Positions 1 through 8,745 of a DNA stretch of 64,000 nucleotides are shown piece by piece. The notes under the pieces are model-generated. The model was not told the origin of the DNA and did not search any database. It saw nothing but the letters and a program-made list of their open reading frames with translations. A program made the translations under genes and the position numbers. Numbering within the stretch: the first letter of the stretch is position 1; every line of letters starts with the position of its first letter. This DNA is from Saprospiraceae bacterium UBA2329 (GTDB taxonomy: Bacteria > Bacteroidota > Bacteroidia > Chitinophagales > Saprospiraceae): the NCBI GenBank assembly GCA_002344975.1, contig DDUV01000057.1, forward strand, positions 1 to 64,000, written 5' to 3'.

Positions 1-16
1 TATTTTTGCCCCACTA

Positions 17-1957
17 CTAAGGCTGAAGCATCAATTTCAGCACCGTAAACTTCGCATCTTTTACTATCCGAACTAAATAAACGCCTGCCGGCAGATGTCC
101 CGCCGCAACGGCCTGCCTGTCTGACTGAATGACTCCGCTGAGGCAAGGACGACCTTGCAAATCCAAAAGGTGGAAACGAGCACCCATCCATTCATCTCCG
201 CCTGAAAGCTGAATATTGAAATGCCCGTTTGAGACCGTCGGCGCTATAAAAATGCCGCTGTCTTTGGCCGCTATTGGTTCCTGCGTGGCAGAGGTTTGGC
301 ATGGCAGACTGCGTTGCAAAGCGGTAGGCGAAAGCGTTCCTACGGCCAAATCTGCTCCCGATAGCGAGGTATGAATGATGGAGCGGTTTTGGAGGTCTAA
401 AGTAATGGGGAAAGAATGCAGGCCGGCCAATTCAGGAGCGCAGGACGATGCTCCGGCAAACGACTTCAGCACCATGTTTTTGTCGTAGCTTAGAGCGATG
501 CGACCTTCGGCATCGGGAGGTGCTATGCGAATAAAATCGAGTGCGAAGGGGTAGTGCGAAGAAAAATGGCGACTTCCCGAAATGATTTCATGGGCGCTCG
601 TCACGGCAGCATCGAAGCCGGTAGCAGCGGAGTTGATCTCCAACAAAGCCGGAGTGAAACTGCACTCGGGGCCGCTGAAACAATTTTGGCGAATACCAGT
701 CGCTACGATGAGGCTATTGCCAGGGCCGGGCTGAAAGTCGTGGGCAATCATTTCGATGGGCTGATTGTTGTCGCCGAATCGTTCGCGGAAGAAGGCGTTT
801 CCATGCAAAAACTGCCCGTTGGCCGTGGTGGTAAAAACATACGAAACAGGCAATACCACGCCGCCGCCGTCGCCATTGGTGGGGTTGCCCCAAATGCTGG
901 TGAAAAAAGAAAACTGATTGCCGAGAAAGACCAGATTTCCGTTGGGCAATTCCCGTACGCCGATGATGGCGCCGCCTGTTCCTGTGGCAATGCCAAGTCC
1001 GAAGTTCCAGTCCTGATTAAAAAAACCGTCAAAAAATCCACTGCCGGCCTCAAACCGCTTTGCCCACAGCACATCGCCTTGCGTGTTCACTTTCACAATG
1101 TAGGCATTTTCATCGCAATGCAGAGGAAAAACAAAGCCTCCATCCTGCGTTTGCACCACCGGGCGGCGCAGGGTGGCCGTCAGCAGTTGAAAGGCCGTGG
1201 TGCGACAGTCGGCGGCATTATTGCGATAGCGCCTGGCCCATTGCAGATTGCCCTGCGCGTCCAATTTTACCAAAAAAGTGAGGGCAATGCTGGCCGTGTT
1301 GAGGGCCTGTTCGGGGTTGCTGTACCCGCTGATGATGAAGCCGCCGTCGCTGGTGCGTTCCATATTGTGCGGCGTATCGTTGAAGTCTCCGCCGAAGCGC
1401 TTGGCCCACAATACCTGCGGGGCGCCCTGCTCGTTGGCAGGCACTCTTACCCGCAACACCGCATAATCCAGATTTTGCGAGCCGGGTTGCAGCAGCATCA
1501 CAGGATTCATGTTGATGGCCGCCAAAATGAGGTATTCGTTATCGCCCAGCGGCAGTACATCAGCGCCATAGCTCTCCTGCCAGCGGGTAGTTCCGAAGGG
1601 CGTGGGCAACTGCACATTGATGCGGTAGGATTGGATCGGCTGAAACGACCTGTCTGTCAGAATGAAAACAGCGCGCGAAAACTCGCCGTCGCCCCAGGTG
1701 CCGGCGGTGACATACCCCGATGAAGTTGGGTGGAGATGGCCCATACGGCTGAGGATATTGGGGGCGTCACTTTGTTCCAATTCGGCGTGCAGAAAACCAG
1801 GCAGGGTTTGTGCCGGAGCGGCATGGGCAGCGAACAGCCAGAAAATGATGGAGATGAGGAGGCGAGAAGTGGCTTGCATCGGTTTTGTTGTTAATGGTGA
1901 AAAAGTATTTTGGGATAACAGGGCAAAGTTCCGGGTATTTTCCAGCCCCTGCAACAC
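17..1957 (-). CDS. Secreted repeat protein with N-terminal signal peptide and T9SS type-A C-terminal sorting domain (Por_Secre_tail-like)
   Basis: N-terminus MQATSRLLISIIFWLFAAHAAPAQT looks like a signal peptide. The C-terminal about 80 aa (…NGHFNIQLSGGDEWMGARFHLLDLQGRPCLSGVIQ…GVYLVRIVKDAKFTVLKLMLQP) matches the T9SS CTD pattern. The internal DGG/GNL repeats suggest a beta-propeller. Confidence 0.6.
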   Translation of the reverse strand: MLQGLENTRNFALLSQNTFSPLTTKPMQATSRLLISIIFWLFAAHAAPAQTLPGFLHAELEQSDAPNILSRMGHLHPTSSGYVTAGTWGDGEFSRAVFILTDRSFQPIQSYRINVQLPTPFGTTRWQESYGADVLPLGDNEYLILAAINMNPVMLLQPGSQNLDYAVLRVRVPANEQGAPQVLWAKRFGGDFNDTPHNMERTSDGGFIISGYSNPEQALNTASIALTFLVKLDAQGNLQWARRYRNNAADCRTTAFQLLTATLRRPVVQTQDGGFVFPLHCDENAYIVKVNTQGDVLWAKRFEAGSGFFDGFFNQDWNFGLGIATGTGGAIIGVRELPNGNLVFLGNQFSFFTSIWGNPTNGDGGGVVLPVSYVFTTTANGQFLHGNAFFRERFGDNNQPIEMIAHDFQPGPGNSLIVATGIRQNCFSGPECSFTPALLEINSAATGFDAAVTSAHEIISGSRHFSSHYPFALDFIRIAPPDAEGRIALSYDKNMVLKSFAGASSCAPELAGLHSFPITLDLQNRSIIHTSLSGADLAVGTLSPTALQRSLPCQTSATQEPIAAKDSGIFIAPTVSNGHFNIQLSGGDEWMGARFHLLDLQGRPCLSGVIQSDRQAVAAGHLPAGVYLVRIVKDAKFTVLKLMLQP

Positions 1958-2097
1958 CGCTTATGGGTATTTTACCCCATCGTCATTTTACTAAAAACTC
2001 CCCATCAAAGGGTATGCCGCTCACCGGATTTGGGTATTTTGCGCCTCAGTACTGTGCAATCGGGGACAGTGGGGCGTTGTAGAAAAAACAGTTTACC

Positions 2098-4053
2098 ATG
2101 AACAGGGTCATCGGCAGACGGACTGGTTGGTTGTTGGTTTTCTTCCTGACTATGCTGTCGGCAAGGGCCGAGCGATTCACTCCGGCAGTAATGGACACCG
2201 GCATTACCTGCCTGATGCTCAATTCCGTAGCAGTAGTTTATGAGGCGTCGGGCAAAATTGCCATTTCTCCCGATTCGGTACTCCGAATGCCCGACTCCCT
2301 GTTTGCGGCGGCTGCCTCAAAGGCTTTTTTATTTGGCCTGACGGAAACGCCCCGATGGCTCCGCTTTCAGGTTGTGAACCCGACTGCCGACGCGCGCCGC
2401 CTGCTGCTGGAGATCGCCAACCCCAACCTTCGCCATGTTGAGGTTTACCAATATTGGGGCGATTTGCTCATACAGAGCGACACCAGCGGCATAGATTTTC
2501 CTTTTGAACGACGCCCGGTACCAACACATAACTTCCTTTTTCCAATGCACCTCAAAGCCGGCGATACGCTCACCTGCTTAGTTTATGTGGCGCCTTCGTA
2601 CCAACCGGCCAACTTCGACCTCTATCTCTGGCAAAGGCATCACCGCGTTACGGTCCAGGCCACACGGGAGTCATTGGTTTTAGGAGGTTTTTTTGTAATA
2701 CACCTGGCGTTTTGGGCTTTGTTGGTGGCAGTGGCTGCCAGTTTCAGACTGCGCGAAATGGCCTACTATGCGGCTTATGTGTTGCTGGGCGCTTTGTTTG
2801 TATTTTCAGATGTGGGCCTGGGGTATCGCTTTTTGTGGGGCGAGTGGCCTTATTGGCAAAAGGTGTTTTCGTTTATAGCCATTTGTCTTTACACCATCTT
2901 CGGCACGCAGTTCATCCGGCTGTACTTCAACACCCGCAAACGTTTTCCTGTATTCGAGCAAATTTTCTTTTACGCCATAGCGGTTTGTTGTACATTGCTC
3001 ATATTTACGCTGTTTATTCCGGTCTTACCCCTGCGTTTTGTTCATATTTTGAGCATATTGATGTACATCGTTTTTTTAGTATGCAGCGCAGCGTTTGTGG
3101 CCCTTTTCATTTATACACTGAGCCGAAAATCGAAGTTGTGGTCGGTATGGCTCTTGCTGGGGTTCTCCTTGCATGGCGCGGGCATCGTCGTTACTGTATT
3201 GCAATATATGCGGCTTTTGCCTCAACACTCATTGGCCGGAGGGCTGTACGAGGCCGGTTTTCCACTTACATTTCATACCCAGATTTTAATGATGGCCGGT
3301 ATGACGCTGGAAATCCCGGTGGTGCTGTACACGGCTTTTGCCCGGTTTAAATATGTGGTCAGACAAAACCAAACCCAGGCCGCCAAATTGGCCGAACTGC
3401 GCCACAACAGCATGAACGACCTCTTGCTGGGCATCGAATCTGAGCGACGGCGGCTGTCTCAGGACCTACATGACGGACTTGGCGTGAGCTTGGCCGCTAT
3501 GAAAATGAAGGCCAATCTGATGGAAATGCGAGCAGAAGGTGATGAAAAAAAAGCCTGGCGAGAACTGATGACCGATCTGGAAACCACCTATGAAGAATTG
3601 CGACGCATATCGCACAACTTGCCGCCAAAATCCCTCTTCCGGGCCGGTATGCACAGCGCGTTGGAGGAGGTACTGCAAAGAACCCGCACACTGAGGCCGG
3701 AATTGAGCATCAATTATTACAACAACCTCCCCCTGAAACGCCTCTCCCAACAGGCCGAAATCAATTTGTTTCGCATCACGCTCGAACTCATCAACAACGC
3801 CCTCAAACACGCTGAAGCCTCGCAACTCAGCGTGCAGTGGCTGGCTCACGAAAAGGAAATCGTGCTGATTGTGGAAGACAACGGCAAGGGGTTTCAGTCG
3901 GGGAAAACGGCGGGCGAGGGCATCGGGCTGGCCAATGTGCGCAATCGCGTGACGGTGCTGGGCGGCCAAATGAACACCGACAGCCAACCCGGCCATGGCG
4001 CTACCATAGTGGTGCGCGTTTCCAATGAGGCAGTTTTTAGGAATGAAGTCTAA
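2098..4053 (+). CDS. 7TMR-DISM (7TM receptor with diverse intracellular signalling modules) sensor histidine kinase, HisKA_3/HATPase_c
   Basis: Signal peptide, an extracellular domain, then seven hydrophobic helices. Followed by the coiled coil and H-box (LSQDLHDGLGVSLAAMKMK) and a G-box (GEGIGLANVRNRV) typical of NarX/DegS-type kinases. Confidence 0.8.
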   Translation: MNRVIGRRTGWLLVFFLTMLSARAERFTPAVMDTGITCLMLNSVAVVYEASGKIAISPDSVLRMPDSLFAAAASKAFLFGLTETPRWLRFQVVNPTADARRLLLEIANPNLRHVEVYQYWGDLLIQSDTSGIDFPFERRPVPTHNFLFPMHLKAGDTLTCLVYVAPSYQPANFDLYLWQRHHRVTVQATRESLVLGGFFVIHLAFWALLVAVAASFRLREMAYYAAYVLLGALFVFSDVGLGYRFLWGEWPYWQKVFSFIAICLYTIFGTQFIRLYFNTRKRFPVFEQIFFYAIAVCCTLLIFTLFIPVLPLRFVHILSILMYIVFLVCSAAFVALFIYTLSRKSKLWSVWLLLGFSLHGAGIVVTVLQYMRLLPQHSLAGGLYEAGFPLTFHTQILMMAGMTLEIPVVLYTAFARFKYVVRQNQTQAAKLAELRHNSMNDLLLGIESERRRLSQDLHDGLGVSLAAMKMKANLMEMRAEGDEKKAWRELMTDLETTYEELRRISHNLPPKSLFRAGMHSALEEVLQRTRTLRPELSINYYNNLPLKRLSQQAEINLFRITLELINNALKHAEASQLSVQWLAHEKEIVLIVEDNGKGFQSGKTAGEGIGLANVRNRVTVLGGQMNTDSQPGHGATIVVRVSNEAVFRNEV

Positions 4054-4721
4054 ATCAGCCCCTTTTGCAGTGCCATGCGCACGGCGTCGGTGATGTTGCG
4101 GGCGTTGAGCTTGGAGATGATGTTTTTCCGGTGGGTGTCAATCGTATTGACGCTCAGGAACAACTGTCGTGCAATGTCTTCACTGGTTTTTCCCTCAGAA
4201 ATGAGTTGAAGCACCTCCTTCTCCCGCATGGAAAGCAGCCCGGAATCCGAACCTGACAAGGGCTTCTGACCGGCGCCTGCGGGCGGCTTTTCGTGGCCTA
4301 TCAAGGTGTCCAAAACTTTGGGATCCAAGTACTTCCTGCCGCCGGCCACCTCCAGAATAGCGTGTAGCAACTCATCTTTACCATTGATTTTCAATACATA
4401 CCCCATGGCGCCCCTGCGCAGACACTCTTGTATGGACGGCAGATCGTCGTGTACGGTGAGCATGATAACTTTTATCTCCGGGAAATGCGCCTTGAGGTCG
4501 TTGAGCACCTCCATGCCATCTCTTTCGGGCATGGAAAGGTCCAGCAAAACGATTTCCGGGCATCGTTGCTCAAATAAAGACAATGCCTGCGCTCCGCTCA
4601 TGGCGGCAGCTACGACTTCCAGCTCCGGACAAGCGTTCAACAGTGCCGAAATACCGTCTAAAAACAATTGCTGATCATCCACTATGGCAACGCCGACAGG
4701 CTTGGGAAGGGCAATGCTCAT
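4050..4721 (-). CDS. Two-component response regulator, NarL/FixJ (LuxR HTH) family
   Basis: REC domain (VAIVDDQQLF…LLDLSMPERDG…) plus a C-terminal LuxR HTH (LSMREKEVLQLISEGKTSEDIARQLFLSVNTIDTHRKNIISKL). Its stop codon overlaps the stop codon of the convergent kinase gene. Confidence 0.85.
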   Translation of the reverse strand: MSIALPKPVGVAIVDDQQLFLDGISALLNACPELEVVAAAMSGAQALSLFEQRCPEIVLLDLSMPERDGMEVLNDLKAHFPEIKVIMLTVHDDLPSIQECLRRGAMGYVLKINGKDELLHAILEVAGGRKYLDPKVLDTLIGHEKPPAGAGQKPLSGSDSGLLSMREKEVLQLISEGKTSEDIARQLFLSVNTIDTHRKNIISKLNARNITDAVRMALQKGLI

Positions 4722-4977
4722 TGAAATCTCATTTGGTGTATAAAACCCTTTTCTTTGCGAAAGTACGATACTCTTGTTTTATGGCAGAAAAAAATATTGC
4801 CGTTCAAGCGTCGGCATACAGCGGGGGAGGGGGATCAGCCATCTCATTCGTGAAGTTTTCAAAATATTTTTCTTCGCCTTCTCTTGACTTTTCTCTCTTT
4901 TGTCTTAACTTTGCGACCGCTTTTGAAGAAAAGCTAAAAAATAGTCCCGCCTTCGCTTTGGCTATGGCGGATAAAAG

Positions 4978-5054
<77 letters not shown>

Positions 5055-5282
5055 CTTATAAAGCCTTGTAAATCTTTGATTTGCGAGGCTTTTTTATTTG
5101 TATTTGATGCTCGGTTCTCGCCAGCGCAGGAGAACCGGGTGTGAAGGCTCAATTAGCGCGTCCCACAATCTTGGTTTTTACCAACTTTCCGTAAGTATGC
5201 TTTTCAAACTCTTCAAGGTTGCTGTCGGCATTACCATGACAAACCACTAAAGTTCCCTTCCTGCCTTCCGTAACGAGCAAGC

Positions 5283-6065
5283 CTACAAAGCTTTTATATT
5301 TTCTGCACTTGCCGTGCCCTGATAGTATTTGCCATTCTCCAAATAGAGCACAGATACCCCCGGGCGCTCCATACCCGTCAATTTTTGAAGCTCGTTTTCG
5401 ACCAATCCGGTTTCTGATATTCCTGTCAGATCATCCATAGTGGTCCATTCTATAACGGCTGCATCAGGAGATTGAGTAGGGTATTCGCCATCTTTAGTTT
5501 GAATTGATCGGTTTCTACCTTCAAACTTAGCAAGCCGAAACTCTTCCATACTGTCTTCCTGGCTGCCAATATATGTGCTCATAAAACTTTTCCTTATCAA
5601 TGGATCGAAACTTTCTTCAAGCTGATCGAAACAAAAGGCCTTGATGTAATAGACCCTGTCATTGTAGCTAATTGCCATTGCATACCTGATCGTGTTTGTC
5701 ATTTTATCATGCACCACAGAAAAGAGACCGTTATCCTCCCCATCATAATTTACCCGGCTCAGCTCCAGCAAAACGCTCTTCTTTTCTCTCAAGGCGCTCG
5801 GAGTAATACGGGCTTTTATTTCTTCCAATGACCTCATACTCATCGTTACAGAAATAGATGAAAGTGCATTCGTTGTTTGGTACCCGTCAAACGAGCGCGC
5901 TTTTTCATATCCATTTGGTACTACCATCCATACCCCCCTGCCCAAATGAACACTTTGATCTGTTTTTTGAGGCGAGATACGGAGGTTGCCTTCTTTGTAA
6001 TTCGAACACGAGCCGGCAAGTATCAAAACGATAAGCACGGATAAGCAAAGTCGTAAGTCATTCAT
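5283..6065 (-). CDS. Hypothetical lipoprotein
   Basis: N-terminus MNDLRLCLSVLIVLILAGSCS carries a lipobox-like Cys. No recognisable catalytic motif. Confidence 0.5.
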   Translation of the reverse strand: MNDLRLCLSVLIVLILAGSCSNYKEGNLRISPQKTDQSVHLGRGVWMVVPNGYEKARSFDGYQTTNALSSISVTMSMRSLEEIKARITPSALREKKSVLLELSRVNYDGEDNGLFSVVHDKMTNTIRYAMAISYNDRVYYIKAFCFDQLEESFDPLIRKSFMSTYIGSQEDSMEEFRLAKFEGRNRSIQTKDGEYPTQSPDAAVIEWTTMDDLTGISETGLVENELQKLTGMERPGVSVLYLENGKYYQGTASAENIKAL

Positions 6066-6193
6066 AAAAACTGTTTTTTAGTTGCCGATAAATTCTTGGC
6101 AGGGTGAAAGCGCTCACTTCATCAGCAACTCATCCACGTTCACGCCGGGATTCTGTATCTTGGTCATTTACACGGGGCCCATTTGCTGCGGGC

Positions 6194-6230
6194 GAAGTCA
6201 GGAGGTAACAGGAAGTTACCGCCTGACTTC
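6194..6230. repeat. 37-bp near-perfect palindromic element (copy 1) GAAGTCAGGAGGTAAC-AGGAA-GTTACCGCCTGACTTC
   Basis: About 16-bp inverted arms. An almost identical copy (1 nt different) lies at 12446-12482. It sits just downstream of the flotillin gene stop on the minus strand. Confidence 0.7.
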
Positions 6231-6237
6231 CAGCACG

Positions 6238-7806
6238 CTAACTCCCTGCTTGCTCTTCGCTTGCAGGCGCATCGGCAGCTTTGGGGTTGCCGAGGTATTT
6301 GGGCAGTTCCATGCCCGCCATGTTGAACAGGTCGTTGAGCGGCGGCACCGATTTATACAGCCCCGATACAAAGCGGGAGGTAGAATTGCCCTCGCCGTCG
6401 GAGTGGTTGCCACCGTCCCACACGGTCACTTTGTCTATCTTGATGTTCTTGATAGCATCCACCTGCGTTTTCACTAAGTCTTCGATCTTGTCGGCAATCA
6501 GCATCAGCACGGCGTCGCGGGTATTGCCGCCGGCCGCCTGCACGATTTTGTCAAAACCCTCGGCCTGCTTGCTGAGTATCTCATACAAACCGCGGGCCTC
6601 GGCTTCCTGCTTGAGGAAGATGGCATCGGCCTCGCCCTTGGCCAAGCGGCGGGTTTGTTCGGCCTGCGCTTCGGCTTCGATTTCCATTTTGCGGCGCTGT
6701 ATTTCGGCCTGCACGATGATGTCTGCTTCTTTAGTGGCGCGTTCGCGGGCGGCGCGAGCCTCTTCGGCCTTTTTCTCTGCCAGATAAGCGTCTTCCAATG
6801 CGTTGGCCGTTTGGATTTTTTCAGAAGAAACGGCCGTTTTGTTGGTCTCGGCTTCGCGGATACGGCGGGCCGCTTCCGATTCTGCAATGGTGATTTTGGC
6901 TAAGTTTTCACCCTCGATGGCCTTGGCGCGGGCCGCCGCCTCGCCCACCTGCGCTTCAGACATTGCCTCCGATACCTTGATGCGCTCCTGCATGGCGGCC
7001 TCTGCCTCTTTGATGCGCAGTTCGGCCTGCGAATTGGCGATGGTCACGCGGCTTTGGTTTTCACCATCCACGGCCTGGGCATTGGCAGCCGCCTCGCCCA
7101 CTTTGGCAAAGGCTTCTGCTTCCGATACCTTGATGCGCTGGTCTTTTTTGGCGTTGGCTTCACCGATGGAGCCGTCGCGGGTTTTTTCTGCTACGCTCAT
7201 GCGGGCGTCGTTCACAGCTTTTGCGGCAGCCTCTTTGCCCAATGCTTCTATGTAGCCCGATTCATCCTGAATGTCGGTGATGTTCACGTTGATGAGCGCG
7301 AGGCCGATTTTTCTGAGTTCGGCGCCCACGTTGGTAGAGACATTGGAGAGGAATTTGTCGCGGTCGGAGTTGATTTCCTCAATATCCATGGTGGCTACCA
7401 CGAGGCGGAGCTGACCAAAAATGATGTCTTTGGCAATGTCGCGGATTTCTTCCATAGACTTGCCCAGCAGGCGTTCGGCGGCGTTTTGCATCACGCCTTC
7501 TTCGTTGGAAATGGCCACAGTAAAGCGCGAGGGCACGTCCACGCGGATGTTTTGCTTACTCAGTGCGCGCCGCAGGTCCACATCTATGGAAATAGGGGAG
7601 AGGTCTAAGTATTCGTAGTCCTGAATGACCGGCCATACGAATGCCGCTCCGCCCGCCAGACATTTGGCCGAGCCGGAACCCGTGCGCCCGTAAATGACGA
7701 GCACTTTGTCGGAAGGGCATCGCCGATAGCGGGAAATAACAAAAGCGAGAGTCATAAAAACCAGTAAAACCAGTCCTACGACGAGGATAATCAGAGAAGT
7801 TCCCAT
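6238..7806 (-). CDS. yqiK: Flotillin-like SPFH/band-7 protein (YqiK-type)
   Basis: N-terminal TM (MGTSLIILVVGLVLLVFMTLAFVI), then an SPFH domain, then a long Ala/Glu-rich coiled coil with repeated EAEA…IKVSEA motifs. Start moved to the internal ATG; the track ORF starts further upstream. Confidence 0.75.
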   Translation of the reverse strand: MGTSLIILVVGLVLLVFMTLAFVISRYRRCPSDKVLVIYGRTGSGSAKCLAGGAAFVWPVIQDYEYLDLSPISIDVDLRRALSKQNIRVDVPSRFTVAISNEEGVMQNAAERLLGKSMEEIRDIAKDIIFGQLRLVVATMDIEEINSDRDKFLSNVSTNVGAELRKIGLALINVNITDIQDESGYIEALGKEAAAKAVNDARMSVAEKTRDGSIGEANAKKDQRIKVSEAEAFAKVGEAAANAQAVDGENQSRVTIANSQAELRIKEAEAAMQERIKVSEAMSEAQVGEAAARAKAIEGENLAKITIAESEAARRIREAETNKTAVSSEKIQTANALEDAYLAEKKAEEARAARERATKEADIIVQAEIQRRKMEIEAEAQAEQTRRLAKGEADAIFLKQEAEARGLYEILSKQAEGFDKIVQAAGGNTRDAVLMLIADKIEDLVKTQVDAIKNIKIDKVTVWDGGNHSDGEGNSTSRFVSGLYKSVPPLNDLFNMAGMELPKYLGNPKAADAPASEEQAGS

Positions 7807-7835
7807 AGGATTGAAGCGTTTTATGATGATGTAAT

Positions 7836-8429
7836 TCAGTCTTGCCGGGTCACCAACAAAATATTGTCGGGCAGCACGTCGGTCACGAGAATTTTCGTGC
7901 CGGTGGGGATGTAGGGGCCGTCCGTTACGGCTTCCCATTCGCGGAGTACGTTGCGGGTTTTTACGGTGACGCGGCCTATACCGCTGCGCCCGCCGGGTAT
8001 GGCGAGATATACATCGCCGGCTTGATAGATGGCTTCATGCGCCGTCACGTTGTCTTCCTGGCCCAGCCGTGAAAACCAGAAAATGAGGTAAGCCACCAGA
8101 AACATGGCGATGCCGCCCATGAGCAGGCCCAGCAACAGCGCCAGCCACAGGCTGATACCCGCGCCGAGCATGAGTACGCCCGTCCAGCCGAGGAAAGCAA
8201 AAAACGCGATGATACTGCGCACCGAAAAAACCGAAAAAGAGTGGTCGTGGTCTAATCCGCCGTCATGGCTCAGGTCTCCGGCGTCGGAGTCTCCGTCAAA
8301 ATCCAACCCCGTGAGTGTCAGAATAAACTGTATGAGCATCAGCACCGTAAAGACCACGGCAATGATCCAGAAAATCTGTTCCGGCCTTTGCATGGCCATC
8401 CACCATTCGCTCACCGTCAGTAGTATCAT
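7836..8429 (-). CDS. yqiJ: NfeD-like membrane protein (YqiJ-type), partner of flotillin
   Basis: Several TM helices and a C-terminal OB-fold-like region. Lies 27 bp upstream of the flotillin gene on the same strand, which is the conserved yqiJK arrangement. Confidence 0.55.
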   Translation of the reverse strand: MILLTVSEWWMAMQRPEQIFWIIAVVFTVLMLIQFILTLTGLDFDGDSDAGDLSHDGGLDHDHSFSVFSVRSIIAFFAFLGWTGVLMLGAGISLWLALLLGLLMGGIAMFLVAYLIFWFSRLGQEDNVTAHEAIYQAGDVYLAIPGGRSGIGRVTVKTRNVLREWEAVTDGPYIPTGTKILVTDVLPDNILLVTRQD

Positions 8430-8745
8430 CTTTGAGGGTTGAAAAGCCTTTGTATTATGGCCCGCAAAATGTAAAATGGTCTTGCTGTCTCGTGTATTGA
8501 TTCGATGAAAGGGGGTATTTTATCGGCGAAATTGTAAATCTGTTTTGGGAAATTCATCATGCGGCGGTACAAAGCGGGCTTTTGTTTTTCATTGTCCCCG
8601 GCTCGAAAATAAAAGCAATACGCTCATTTTTTGTCCCCTGTCGGACATACGAAGCCATAAAATTTTGGCTGTTCCCACACATTTGCTTAACATTGTGCCC
8701 TTGATTGGTAAACCTATTGCCAGAGTAGATTTAAATAAATGATGC

